The notes below the pieces were generated by a model. It was not told where the DNA came from, did not search any database, and saw only the letters and a list, made by a program, of their open reading frames with translations. A DNA stretch of 64,000 nucleotides, taken from contig RHPI01001553.1 of NCBI GenBank assembly GCA_009103225.1, positions 1 to 64,000 of the forward strand. The letters run 5' to 3'. How positions within the stretch are numbered: the first letter of the stretch is position 1; the number at the start of each line of letters is the position of its first letter. This DNA comes from Chlorokybus atmophyticus (taxonomy: Eukaryota; Plantae; Mesostigma and Chlorokybus algae). Both the position numbers and the translations under genes were made by a program. Positions 9,793 to 22,329 of the stretch are shown here, piece by piece.

Positions 9793-12700
9793 ACCTGGAA
9801 AGAGGTAGAGGATTGTGGCGTGTTGACTCCGCTCTTCTCCACGACCCTCTGTTTGTCGCTGAGGTGGAGGACTTGTGGGGATTGATGTCGTCTTCATTTC
9901 CGTCATCACCCGCATCGTATGTTGAAGAGTTTGAAGACTTCTTGGGCAGAACAGAGGCCATTGCGAGACAGCATATGCGAAGACGCCACCGGCAGCTTTA
10001 ATCCAAAGTTGACACACTTGCACTGGAGCTAGACGCGTTAGCGCCTCAGCTGGCAGCCTCACCAGCTGATACGGACTTGCAGATACAACAGTCTTCTCTC
10101 CTCGCTGCACTACATGATGCCCATGCCACGGCACTTGACAACAATGCATTGCGGTTTGCCACCAAGTGGAGACTTAAGGGAGAGAGGATGACCTCAGCCT
10201 GCTTCAAAAAAGGGAGACCGCCACGCTCACCTAGCCGTATGTACTTTTTAACTTCAGGATACGACACCTTCCCCTTGCCCATCACATCCTCAGCAGGCAT
10301 GTGTGAAGCAAGTGCTGAGTACTACCACTCCCTGTACTCTTCCTCACATAGAGACACACCGGAGGTAGCAGAGGCCACAGCACACTGCCTAGACAGCTTG
10401 ACCCCTCGTATCACTACAGCAGAAGCAGCAGAGTTGGAGGCACCACTGACACTGACGGAGCTGCAAACTGCCCTCTTCTCCATGTCACCGCAAAAGGCAC
10501 CAGGGAAGGATGGTCTCACAGTCCCATTCTGGCAACACTTTTGGCCTATGATAGGAGAGCACTACCTTCAGTACTGTCAGCACGTACTCGACAGTTTGCA
10601 GATGGGGGAGACACAGCGGCTAGGAGTGATCACTCTCATCTACAAAAAGGGAGACAGAGGCCATCTTAAGAACTGGCGCCCCATCACTCTTCTTCCTGTT
10701 CACTACAAGATCCTCGCAAAGGCCATTGCCAACCGACTGCGCCCACACATACCGGCGTGCGTGCACCCCAGTCAATTTGGCTTTGTCCCCCATCGCTACA
10801 TCCTCGACAACGTTCTCACTGCGCTGGATGCAATGGCCCATGCGGACTCCACCAATCAGCAAGGCGCTCTCCTTCTCCGTGACTTTGAGAAAGCCTTCGA
10901 CAGGTTGGACTGGACATTCTTGTCAACAGTATTGCTGAGGTTGGGCTTCTCTTCGACGCTGGTGGCTTGGGTGCGTACTCGAAATGGAGGAGGCCGCAGC
11001 TGTGTTTCCGTCAACGGCTTCCGCTCTGAGGTCTTTGGGCTGCAACGCAGTGTACGGCAAGGCTGCCCGCTGGCACCGTTCCTGTTCATATTGGCAACGG
11101 AACCGTTGGGCGCCATGCTTCGCTCCTCTCCTCTCGTGCAGGGAATCCGCCTCCCCTGTCCTGAAGGTGGGCCCGAGGAGGACAAGGAACTCAGATACAC
11201 AGGGTATGCAGACGACACAGAGGCCTATATCGAGCGCACTCAGCAATCCTTCCAAGGCCTAACCTTGGAATTGCATGCCTACTGTCTGGCCTCGGATCCC
11301 AAGCTCAGCATTGAGAAGACACTTGGCATCGCGCTTGGACCTACTCTTCTCCGTTACCGGATTGGGGATTCCGCTGGCTACAACCTCAGGAGGTGGTTAA
11401 GGTTCTAGGCGTCCCCCTCGGCATTAGCCTGCAACAGGAGTCTGTGTTCAAGCAGGTGGTGGCCGGCATGCAACAACGCCTCCGCAACTGGTCTCGCCAC
11501 CCTCTCTCTCTGGTAGGCAAAGCACTCATTGCCTCCCACGCTGTGCTGTCCTGTATGTGGCACTTGGCGGCGGTGGTTGCTCCCCCCTCATCAACTCTCT
11601 CCATGATCACCTCCACTATACGAGGCTACCTATGGAAGCGCTCTCTCAAGTCCGGAGGGTCGGTCAACTTGGATACTGTCTGTCAGCCCCGCTCGCAAGG
11701 AGGCTTGGGCATCCATGACCCGCGCTGACAAACGACATCACTCTTAGCTAAGTGGGCAGCACGCCTGACAGATCCTTCCTGGGCCGCATGGAAGGTGTTA
11801 GGCTACCGCTACTTGGATGAGTTGGGGTGTGAACAGCGCATAGCCCGCAGCAAGGGCACCACCACCGCTAAGCTCATCAGGTGGATGCCGAGCGGCGCAG
11901 CTCTTCACGCGGCTCCGGGGCTACCGCGAAAGCACCTCCCTTCCCACTGGCAACGCAGTTTTAAGGCTTGGCTGCGAGTCCGCCCCCTCACCCCTCCTGA
12001 GCCCGCTGTATACGACGAGGTCCTCCGCCAGCCCCTCTTTCTCAACCCGCGTATTACGGACGAGCAGGAGATTGTGCTGGGATCTACCAGTGCTTCCAGA
12101 CGACGCTGGCGGCCATGGGCGGAGGCGGGTTTTTTGACTGTGAAGGATATCTGGAACACCACCACCAGGTCCCTTCACACCGTGGCAACCCTCGCACAAT
12201 GGCTCCCGACGCTGTCTTTGTCCGACAAAGACAGAGTCGGGAGAGAGAGCAAGATACAGCAACTCTTCACCTCCCTGCAGTCGTATCTTCCGAGCTCCTG
12301 GCTTGACATCATGTCATCTGGGGTGGGACAACCCCAGACGACATGAGCTTGGTGAGTGGTGGGGCATCCCCAGCCCGTCCCACTACATACACACTGCTAT
12401 TCATGTGGATATGGCAATTGGCAACCGCTGTATAGGCACTGCTTTTTAGCTGATTGGGCCAGAGGCGGACACCCTTACTCTGCCGTATGCTACATCTATT
12501 GGCCTTCACAACATCATGCGGATTAGAGTCCTCCCTCCCTCGCACTGCTGGAGGTCCTCCCTCTCTTCTGCCCCCACCATCGACAGCCCCCAATGGTTGG
12601 AACTACCACCAGCAGAGAAGTTCACAGGTTGGCGGGTAGTTGGCAGTGCTCCATTGGTCCTCCTTCACTTGGATCCGGCGCTACAGGACTGGACGACAGC

Positions 12701-13724
12701 AGCACCCGCATCCCCATCAGCGCGCTCATTATGGGAGTATAGCTCTAAGCTTGGGTATGCAGTACAGGCATCTCAGCGTGCCCATCGCATCCCAACACTT
12801 ACACGCTGGAGTGAGGCGGACAAGGAAGGCGTCATCTGGCCTGCCCACTGGAAGCGTCTACACTCCTCGCCATTGAAGGGCTCAGTACGCTCCTTCATGT
12901 GGCTTCTCTCTCACCAAGCCCACTACACGGGTGACCGCCTCCTTCGATACAACATGGACAGGGGGGAGTGTGTCTTGTGCCCGCAGGGCTTTGTTGAGAC
13001 GTCGTCTCACCTCTTTTCTAACTGCGCTTTCAGCAAAGAAGTGTGGGCATGGTTTGGCAAGGTGTGGAGGGGTTTTGGTGGAGCGCCATTCCCCCTCAGC
13101 CTTGCCACACTTGTCCTTCGCCCCCCTCGCGGCATGGCTGGAGGCCTCCCTCGCCTGTGGCAATGCCTTGTACCTCTTGTGCTGTGGCACATCTGGCTGA
13201 CACGGAACCGTGCCCAGTTCGACTCCACCTCCCCCAGTCTACATCACTGTCTCCAGCTCCTCTCGCACTCCATCCTCACCTTAGCTAATGGAGACTGGCA
13301 ACACATGCTCTCCACTGTCTCCTCAGACAACAAACGCCATCTACTTTTCACCAAGTTCCAAGCCACATGGGCTTGCAACAACTTTCTGTGCTCCGTGACC
13401 TGGTCTCTGCCTTTTCCCCGCATCTGTTGGTCTCCCCTTCCTTCTATCCCGCCTTCAGCTACCTGCCCCCCCCCTCCCTCATACACCGTTGTATTCTACG
13501 CCGTCTCCTCTCCAATACTCCTCGCCCCTTTCTCCTGCCTCTGCTACTCGCTCCCCTCCCCTCATATAGCTACCATTCGTAGTTACTTGGTAGACAGCAT
13601 GGCTAGTGCCTAGCTTTTCTTTTTCCTTGTTGACTACTGCTTAGCTAGCCTTATAAGCTGAACTCTGTTCTTCTTAATAAATACTAACTTTTTGCGTGCA
13701 AAAAAAGAAAAAGAAAAAAGAAAA
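9793..13724 (+). mobile_element. 5'-truncated L1/Tx1-clade non-LTR retrotransposon (degraded ORF2)
   Basis: Endonuclease C-terminal GLWRVDSALL, RT motifs (KAPGKDG, WRPITLL, DFEKAFD, VRQGCPL, YADD), zf-RVT-like CVLC...HLFSNC at ~12850-13050, AATAAA at 13676, (A5-7G)n tail. 15-bp TSD AAGTGCCACCGCTGC at 9778-9792 and 13725-13739. Several stops and frameshifts. Confidence 0.92.
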
Positions 13725-15739
13725 AAGTGCCACCGCTGCGCTACGTACGCGAGCGCGCCCGATCACGCGCTTGCATCCGGCTGCACCGCTTATCGCAGCT
13801 GCAGGACGGCACCCTCGAGCGTTTCCATGGTGAAGCGTCGTGGTTGGCTGAGCCAGAGCCCGGCTTCGCACGGGAGGGGGCACAACAACCTGTCCAGCCG
13901 CAACCTACGCCGGCGCACATTGAGGAAGCCGCACTCCGTCGGGAAACCCACATGACTTACATGCCCACTGGCGGCCCGGTCACCCCTCAAGAGGAAGACT
14001 TCCATGAAGCACTCCTGGTGGCCGCCCGTGGTGCGCATCGCAGGCAATACGGCGATACCGCCGCAGCCAACCCCGCTGCAGCAGCCGCCGCCTGGACGCA
14101 GCAAGAGCGTCGCATCCGGCGTGAACTCTGGCTGTTCCGCCAAACCTAGTTGCTCCAGGGGGCCACTCCCCGTGACCCGTATGAGCGAACGCGGCAGGCC
14201 ACCTTGCTCGGTACGCTCACCCCTCGCATGGGTTATCCACGCCGAGGATCAAGCAACCTCAGCCCGCACCGTCTCGACCAGGAAAAGCTTTCACGGCAAC
14301 TTGCACCCGCTTCCCTGGCCCGACCATTCTGGAGTACAACCCCTGTGCAAACCAGACAGTTCCTGATGGAGGTGCGCACCCGCCTGCGAACCCTTCATGG
14401 ACAACTGGCAACCCGAAATGGGCCTTGGCACACCCTGGCGCCATTAGGCCGCAGTGTACCCGACAGCGACCTTCGAGACCTCATGCTTTGGCTGGCCAAC
14501 CGCAATCGCTATGCAGATCCACGGCTGTTTATTAGCCCTGAAGCCTGGATTGAAGATCTCGTCACCGTCCGGATGCCGCGCCTACTCACACGCGCCGTGC
14601 ATTATTAAGAGTCGCTGCCTCCTACCATGACAGCCTACCAGCGGACCACTGCCACGGAACAACACCTCTCTAATGAGTTCAGGTTGTTTCACTGGGAGAA
14701 CCAGCGCGATGATCAGCAGCTCCACCGTGCCACGCAGCACCACATGGATGATGAGGAAACCAGAGATCTGCATCAACTGGTAGAGGGACAGCTTCTCGAA
14801 GATACGGGGGCACCAGCAGGAACGCTGCGTGACGGCGTATACCCACTTCCCTTGACGGACGCTGAGACGGCTCTCATGATCGCCTACGTCAGGCTGTTGC
14901 CCATTCTGCCAGTCACCACGTACGGAGATCGCCGCAGGCACCACTGGGAACGCGCTACGACTGCGGAAGCGCTTTAATTGGCAATGGAAGCTGTCACTCA
15001 GTATCTTCCACCTGCTGAGGCACCTCAGCCTAGCCAGCCCAGTACTTCCGGCGCTGCGCCTCGTTCGCCTCCACCACCTGGCGGTGCAGGCAGCTCACGA
15101 ACCGCATCCATTGCGTTGCTGAAGGACGTGACCGTCAACGCCAGCTGGGATGACGCGCCCTTCACCTTGCCAATGAGCCTGTTCGGGCCGCCTCGCACGA
15201 TGGACCGTCTCCATTACCGGCCCAATATTGGCATGGTAAACAACCAGCGACGCCACGTCACCTTTGCCAACCACCCCTGGGCCCCACGTCACGTCCTGTT
15301 TGACACTGGCGCCCACCCTGTCATCCTTGGACGACGTGCAGCGGAACGCCTGAACATCTACGACCATGACCTCCACATGGCATCACACGAAATCCGCACC
15401 GCCCAGGGCGCGCTCGAGGAAACAAGAGGCGAGACCCGCCGGCGCATACCATTGCGCTTTACTGGCTACCGTCAGGACGAGACCACTGTACTCAGTGTCT
15501 TCTGCCTCGTCTCCAATTCTGAAATGTTTGATGTCCTTATCGGCATGGAGGCAATGTTCCCCATCGGGGCAGCAGTGGACACATGGACAGAACACGCCAT
15601 CTTCCGACCACGTTGGCGCCAAGGTGATGGCCATCCAGCCGCTATCCCTCTGCGCCTTTGCACCTCGTCCAGATATCCCCTCACCGCCAGCCCTGTACCC
15701 CACTCACACATTCCCGCATTGGATTCCAACGCGCCTTAA
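13725..15739 (+). pseudogene. Gypsy A continuation: uncharacterised region plus retroviral-type aspartic protease
   Basis: ORFs 13727, 14150, 14627 and 14978 share one frame separated by single stops. RHVLFDTGAHPVILG matches RVMLDTGAQPVIIG of Gypsy B. The frame rejoins the pre-L1 ORF at GEVPPL once the L1 is removed. Confidence 0.8.
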
Positions 15740-15783
15740 AGGTACGAGTCCTTGTTCGCGCTCAGTACTCAGTGCTGTGCGTT

Positions 15784-15960
15784 GGGGGGNNNNNNNNNNN
15801 NNNNNNNNNNNNNNNNNNNNNNNNNNNNNNNNNNNNNNNNNNNNNNNNNNNNNNNNNNNNNNNNNNNNNNNNNNNNNNNNNNNNNNNNNNNNNNNNNNNN
15901 NNNNNNNNNNNNNNNNNNNNNNNNNNNNNNNNNNNNNNNNNNNNNNNNNNNNNNNNNNNN

Positions 15961-16053
<93 letters not shown>
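15784..16053. other. Assembly gap (171 N) inside a poly-G tract (6 G before, 93 G after)
   Basis: Seen directly in the sequence. Confidence 0.95.
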
Positions 16054-16054
<1 letters not shown>

Positions 16055-16247
16055 AAGGAGAAAAGATAAGATAGATAGCGTTTTTCAAGCTGCAGAAATG
16101 TCCATGCACCCGCCCTCGAAGGAGGGGGTGCATTTCAGTGCCGCAGAAGTTGCGACTGCTGCACGTTCAACTAGCAACCCACGTCCTGGAGCACGTGGTA
16201 AAACACTGCCTCCATCGGATACCTGTCCGCGCGAGATTGCCAAACAG

Positions 16248-19200
16248 TGTTGAGAGTATTCCTACATACGATCAGCATCGACCCTCCACACAGGAGTAGA
16301 AGGTCGTAAGGACGAGCACTAGGTCCGGACTTAGCAAGATGGCATCGTCGGACCAGACTCCGGACTCCAGACAGGAGCCTTACTAACTGCTTCGTATCTC
16401 CGCGTATACTTACTCATATTAGGCGTGTAAGAGCTTGTTGGAAGGCTCCAGTTGTGAGACAGACAACGCAGCTTAGAGCGCGTCAAAAGGCTGAGTATAG
16501 CTTACGCAGTGCTTGCAAACGTAGACGTGTGTGTAACTGGCTGGTATAAGAACCAGCGGACAACTTGTAATAGATGAATGTGATGTGACTTGTGTATGCT
16601 CTGGTGGCGGTAGCTCTGTCCGTGTGTATCCATGCTTGCCTCAACTACATGTGCATGCTAGTCCTTCAACAGGTTATGGGCCCACACTACGCTTGAGGAG
16701 TGTGAGACTAGCTTGTGTGCATAGTAGTTCTACACTACGGTAGCTTGTTGGTAGCAGAGCCTTGGGTGTCAACTGCAAGAAAGGCAGGCTCGACAGAAAT
16801 GGAGGCGACCTACGACAAGGGGCAGATTGCAAAGCTGGACACCGACAACTACAACACATGGTGCGTGGAGATGAAGGCCTTGCTCATCCACAAGAAGGTG
16901 TGGAAGTACGTTGATCCGAAGGCACCACCACCAACACCAGGAGCGAACACTGTGTGGTCAGAGCATTCAGCAGAAGCACACTCTTTGCTTGTGTTGAACA
17001 GCAAACCGCATCACTTTCCCATGCTCACTGCATGTGAAGATGGTAGACAAGCTTGGGAAAAGCTATCAGCCGTTTTCAGAGCCAAGAACAATGCCAGAAA
17101 GTTGCATCTACGCAAGCAGCTCAGCGCACTCAGGAAGGAGGCAGCAGAACCCATCACAAAGTATGTTGCGCGCGCGAGAGAGCTGTGGGCGGACCTCATC
17201 AACGTCGGCCACAACATGGGGGAGACGGAGGTAGTGCTGGCCATTGTTGCAGGGCTACCAGCAGAGTACGAGGTCGTCGCAACCCTGCTGGAGACGTCAT
17301 CATCGGAGTTGACGTTGGACGATGTGCTACCGAAGCTGCTCACCGTGGAGCAGAGGGTTGTGAAGAAGGACGAGCAAGCGGATGCCGTCGCCTTCTACAC
17401 CGGCAAGCACGCAAAGAAGAGCAACCATGAAGAGAAGTACAAGGGCAACAAGCCAGGCAATCCTCGTCACAAAGACCTCACATGCCACTGGTGTGGTTGG
17501 AAGGGGCACATTGTGAAGGACTGTAGGAAGAAACAACAGGGGCAACCTAGAGCAAGCACCAGCAACAGCGGCAACGAGCACCAACACAAGGAGAAACATG
17601 TCGCCTTCACTGCATCCAGTTCGAGGGCGGGCACAGCTTTCTGGGTGGTGGACTCTGGCTGCGATCGTCATCTCACACCAAACAAGGAGGTGATGGAGGG
17701 CTACAGGAAGCTGACGTCCACAATCAAGGTGGCGGGCTTCGGTGGCGAAGTACTGGTGGCTGAGGGAGTTGGCAACGTACGACTCCAGTGCAAGGTTGGT
17801 AACACACTACGCGAGGTGTTGTTACGCAACGTCCTGCATGTTCCTAAGGCTATTGCGAGTCTATTCTCTGTGAGGGTTGCGGAGCGCTTAGGCGCGGAGA
17901 TCCTATTTCGGAAGGGTGGCTGCTCAGTCATCCTTGATGGGGTCGTGCACATGGTTGGAATCGCTGATCCGGGAGGGCTCTACCACGTGGAGCAGCCTCA
18001 AGACAGAGACATTCAAGCCATGGTGGTGAAGGACAAGGAGTCGCCAACATTGTGGCATCGGAGGTTTGGGCATCTCAGCTACGTCAACCTCACTCGCCTT
18101 GTCGCTGAGATGATGGTCAAGGGCATCCATCTCAGCACAGAAGAACTCAAGACAGCATCAGGTGCACTTTGTGAACCATGCCTGGTTGCAAAGCAGCATG
18201 CTATGCCATTCCCATCATCCTCTTCTAGCAGTCAGCATCCTTGCGAGCTTGTGCACATGGATGTCTGTGGCCCTATGCGCATTGTGGCGAAGGGAGGGGC
18301 CAGGTACTTTGCTACATTCCTCGACGACTACAGCAAGCTGTCCATCATCTTTCCATTGACGCTCAAGTCAGAAGTTGCTGGAGCTGTGCGCACAGTCGTG
18401 GCCTTGTTGGAGACGCAGTCTGGCAACAAGATGAAGGCAATGAGGAGTGATCGAGGCGGGGAGTACATCAACAAGGAGTTGAAGGAGTTCTTCGCCAGCG
18501 AGGGCATACGCCACGAGACAACGGCACCCTACACCCCGCAGCAGAATGGAGCAGCTGAACGCCTCAACAGGACACTCTTGGAGCGTGTTCGAGCTATGCT
18601 CAACGACACAAAGATGGAAGACAGTTTGTGGAAGGAGGCGGTACTCACTGCCAACTACATCCGCAACAGGTCTCCGGTGAGCTCAGAGCAGAAGACTCCG
18701 TGGGAGCACTTCTATGGAGCCACACCAGATGTGAGTGGTATGCGTGTGTTTGGATGCACGGCATATGCACTAGTGCCTAAACAGCTCAGGCACAAGCTGG
18801 AGCCGGTCAGCAAGAAGGGCATCTTCGTTGGCTATGAACCGGGTTCCAAGGCTTACAGGATCTTGCTCGAGGACACTCAGAAGATCATCGTGAGCAGAGA
18901 GGTGGTTTTCCACGAGGGATTATCACAACCAGAAGCAGGCTTCTTTCCTGAAGATGAAGCACAGCCGGAGCATCCTGAAACAGTGGAGGCTACAGGCAAG
19001 GCCATCATCGACGATAAGGGTGAGCAGGACTCCACTGTAGCAGACAAGCAGTCGCACCTGCAGCAGGAGCACGCAGCTCGGAGATACCCAGTGAGGGAGA
19101 GAAAGGCACCTGACTTCCTACACAAGGCACACGTCGCCAGTGTGCAGAATGAGGAGCCAAGCACCTACGAGGAGGCATTGTTAGCACCAGATGCGGAGCA

Positions 19201-21152
19201 ATGGCAGCGTGCTATGGACGAGGAGATTGCGTCACTCCATGCCAACAACACTTGGTCACTGGAGCAGTTACCGCAAGGAGTGAAGACCATTCCAGTGAAA
19301 TGGGTCTTCAAGGTGAAGCGTGATGGTCAGGGCAACATTGAGCGCTACAAGGCAAGACTGGTGGCAAAGGGCTTCTTGCAGCAGGAAGGTGTGGACTTCA
19401 ACGAAGTGTTTGCACCTGCAAGTAAGCATACCACCTTCCGTGCACTGCTAGCTATGGTTGCTGCTGAAGACCTAGAGCTGCATCACCTGGATGTGAAGAC
19501 TGCCTTCCTCTACGGAGAGCTGGAGGAGGAGATCTTCATCGAGCAACCACCTGGATATGAAGAAGGGGAGAGAGGCACAGCGTGCAAGCTGATCAAGGCA
19601 CTGTACGGGCTGCGACAGGCACCGCGTATGTGGCACATCAAGCTCACCAAGGAGCTGGAGGCACTTGGCTTCACCGCATCCTCTGCAGACCCTGGGCTCT
19701 TCATCCATGCAGACAACAAGGTCTGGCTGCTCGTGTATGTTGATGATATCATCATCACCGCCAGGCAGGTGCACCACCTGCAGGAGACGAAACTTGCTCT
19801 ACAGCAAGCATTCTCAGTTCGTGATCTTGGAGAGGCCAAGTGGTTCCTTGGCATGGTGATTGAGCGCGACAGGGCGGCTCGCACAATCAAGATCAGTCAG
19901 GAGCAGATGGTGAGAAGACTCGTCACCAAGTTTGGGCTCACTGAAGCGAAGACCAAGACCACACCGTTGGCACTTGGCACTGCCCTCATCAAGGCAAAGG
20001 ATGAGGAGGTACTCGACAAGGCTCAGTATCCATATGGTGAGCTGGTAGGCAGCATGCTCTATCTGGCAGTGTGCACACGTCCCGATGTTGCACATGCTGT
20101 GGGAGTACTTGCTCGCTACATGTCTGCACCGAGCATGGAGCACTGGAGAGCAGCAAAGGGAGTACTACGCTATGTTGCTGGGAGCGCAACAGTTGGCATC
20201 AAGTTTGGGAGCGGGAGCACTGAGTTGGAGGGCTACTGCGACTCGGACTTTGCTGGTGACCTCAACAGCAGGAGGTCCACTACAGGCTACGTCTTCAAGC
20301 TGAACGGAGGCGTGGTGAGCTGGAACAGCAGGCTGCAGCCAACAACAGCAGCATCTACATCAGAGGCTGAGTACATGGCAGCGGCAGCAGCAGTGAAGGA
20401 GGCACTCTGGCTTCGCAAGCTCATGGCAGACTTGGAGCACCCCATGGCGTGCATCGTCATCAACTGTGACAACCAAGGAGCCATCAAGTTGTTGAAGCAC
20501 CCTATCGCCTCGGCAAGGACGAAGCACATTGATGTCATGCATCACTTTGTGCGTGACAGAGTCACAAGGAAGGAGGTGGAGTTCCAGTACTGCAACACCG
20601 AACGCATGCTGGCGGACTTCATGACAAAGCCATTGTCACCACTCAAGTTCAAGACTTGTTGTGCAGGACTTGGCATCTGTGTTTGACTACAGGAGCAAGC
20701 GTTGGAGGTCAAGCTGCTCGCGTGGGAGTGTTGAGAGTATTCCTACATACGATCAGCATCGACCCTCCACACAGGAGTAGAAGGTCGTAAGGACGAGCAC
20801 TAGGTCCGGACTTAGCAAGATGGCATCGTCGGACCAGACTCCGGACTCCAGACAGGAGCCTTACTAACTGCTTCGTATCTCCGCGTATACTTACTCATAT
20901 TAGGCGTGTAAGAGCTTGTTGGAAAGCTCTGGTTGTGAGACAGACAACGCAGCTTAGAGCGCGTCAAAAGGCTGAGTATAGCTTACGCAGTGCTTGCAAA
21001 CGTAGACGTGTGTGTAACTGGCTGGTATAAGAACCAGCGGACAACTTGTAATAGATGAATGTGATGTGACTTGTGTATGCTCTGGTGGCGGTAGCTCTGT
21101 CCGTGTGTATCCATGCTTGCCTCAACTACATGTGCATGCTAGTCCTTCAACA
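16248..21152 (+). mobile_element. Intact Ty1/Copia LTR retrotransposon (Copia-2, a second family related to Copia-1)
   Basis: 424-bp LTRs at 16248-16671 and 20729-21152 (3 differences seen). TSD AACAG at 16243-16247 and 21153-21157. Half-tRNA PBS. Confidence 0.97.
16799..20686 (+). CDS. gag-pol: Copia Gag-Pol polyprotein (ATG at 16799)
   Basis: Uninterrupted ORF with CCHC knuckle, VDSG protease, integrase DDE, YVDD and RNase H motifs. Confidence 0.96.
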   Translation: MEATYDKGQIAKLDTDNYNTWCVEMKALLIHKKVWKYVDPKAPPPTPGANTVWSEHSAEAHSLLVLNSKPHHFPMLTACEDGRQAWEKLSAVFRAKNNARKLHLRKQLSALRKEAAEPITKYVARARELWADLINVGHNMGETEVVLAIVAGLPAEYEVVATLLETSSSELTLDDVLPKLLTVEQRVVKKDEQADAVAFYTGKHAKKSNHEEKYKGNKPGNPRHKDLTCHWCGWKGHIVKDCRKKQQGQPRASTSNSGNEHQHKEKHVAFTASSSRAGTAFWVVDSGCDRHLTPNKEVMEGYRKLTSTIKVAGFGGEVLVAEGVGNVRLQCKVGNTLREVLLRNVLHVPKAIASLFSVRVAERLGAEILFRKGGCSVILDGVVHMVGIADPGGLYHVEQPQDRDIQAMVVKDKESPTLWHRRFGHLSYVNLTRLVAEMMVKGIHLSTEELKTASGALCEPCLVAKQHAMPFPSSSSSSQHPCELVHMDVCGPMRIVAKGGARYFATFLDDYSKLSIIFPLTLKSEVAGAVRTVVALLETQSGNKMKAMRSDRGGEYINKELKEFFASEGIRHETTAPYTPQQNGAAERLNRTLLERVRAMLNDTKMEDSLWKEAVLTANYIRNRSPVSSEQKTPWEHFYGATPDVSGMRVFGCTAYALVPKQLRHKLEPVSKKGIFVGYEPGSKAYRILLEDTQKIIVSREVVFHEGLSQPEAGFFPEDEAQPEHPETVEATGKAIIDDKGEQDSTVADKQSHLQQEHAARRYPVRERKAPDFLHKAHVASVQNEEPSTYEEALLAPDAEQWQRAMDEEIASLHANNTWSLEQLPQGVKTIPVKWVFKVKRDGQGNIERYKARLVAKGFLQQEGVDFNEVFAPASKHTTFRALLAMVAAEDLELHHLDVKTAFLYGELEEEIFIEQPPGYEEGERGTACKLIKALYGLRQAPRMWHIKLTKELEALGFTASSADPGLFIHADNKVWLLVYVDDIIITARQVHHLQETKLALQQAFSVRDLGEAKWFLGMVIERDRAARTIKISQEQMVRRLVTKFGLTEAKTKTTPLALGTALIKAKDEEVLDKAQYPYGELVGSMLYLAVCTRPDVAHAVGVLARYMSAPSMEHWRAAKGVLRYVAGSATVGIKFGSGSTELEGYCDSDFAGDLNSRRSTTGYVFKLNGGVVSWNSRLQPTTAASTSEAEYMAAAAAVKEALWLRKLMADLEHPMACIVINCDNQGAIKLLKHPIASARTKHIDVMHHFVRDRVTRKEVEFQYCNTERMLADFMTKPLSPLKFKTCCAGLGICV

Positions 21153-21279
21153 AACAGGACCGCGATCTTCGCCAACAGTACGCACACGCCGTGGCCACCA
21201 CGCCTCTGAAGCTGCCACCCATCGCCGACGATCCTCTCCGCACTCTGGACTTGTCCACCGTCCAGCTGTCGCTGCAACG

Positions 21280-22250
21280 CCGCAACCAAGGCCTCACCGT
21301 GTTGGAGCTTTTTGGCGGTGTTGGCAGCCATTCTGATTGTTGGCCTACCAGTCAGCAAGTACTTCTATTGTGACCCCAGCCATCAAGCGCAAACGGCAGT
21401 ATCCCATCACCTCGCGCAGCAGCGCAAGCGATACCCTCACATGACGCCATCCGCCACTGCCGGCAGCCTGCGCGCATTACCCCAAGACATCCGACTGGTC
21501 ACCGGGGAACACTTACAAGCACTGGGAGGGGTTGACACGTCATTATCGCTGGATGGGAGTTTCAAGGACATTCGCGCGCCGGCAAAGGCCTCGGCCTTCA
21601 AGACCCACGGTCTCAGCTGTTTTGGGAATTGGTGCGAGTCATTCGCACGCTCCGGCAACAGCAACCTGACAGACCACCCGCTTACATACTGGAGAACGTA
21701 TGTGCCAAGAATGACCACCGGGCTAACGTTCGCGCGGACTACGCGCGCGTCTGTGCAGTCCTTGGCCAGCCAGTGGTCATTGATGCAGCCTCGCACGGCT
21801 CGCGTGCGCACCGCTTGCGCAGCAAGTGGACAAACTCGCTGATGTACACGACTTTGCCGCCGCACAACATTTGTACGTTCGTCCTCCAGGGCTTTTGGTC
21901 ACCGACATCCTGGCTCCTGGCACCACTCCGCAACCTGTGCTCAAGCCGGACCACAAGTCCTTTCACCAGAGCAACAAGGAAGGTCAACCCATGGCCGCAC
22001 TGCCCACGTTTGTGGCCTTTTCTGGCTCCCACTCTTTCCGCAATGGCAACATCGGCATGGTGTGGGATAACAACCTGCAAATCCTGCGGGAACCGCTCAC
22101 CACCGAACGTGAGTTGGCCATGGGCTTCTGGCCAGATGCCATCACGCATGTGCCCAAACTCCACGAACGCGACTGCCGCGCACTGCTTGGACGTGCTATG
22201 GACCAAAATAGCATGGTTTGGCTGCTGGAGACAAGCTTGGCCCTACAAGA
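21280..22250 (+). pseudogene. C5 cytosine DNA methyltransferase domain (Dnmt3-like) within Gypsy A pol, frameshifted
   Basis: Motif I VLELFGGVG (~21300), motif IV AGWEFQGHS (catalytic Cys position reads TTT/Phe at 21560-21562), motif VI ILENV (~21692), motif VIII RAHRLRSKWTN, motif X LLGRAMD (~22183). Confidence 0.88.
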
Positions 22251-22329
22251 CAGCTACCGGAAAGGCGCTAACCCCGCGCCATCCGCTGGGGGGGGGAGAA
22301 CCCGCAGAAATCAGGGACCCATCATTTGT

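Noticed and set aside
15366-16253. Poly-Gly/poly-Pro ORFs across the gap
   Set aside because: Produced by Ns and a 93-G run whose length may be an artefact.
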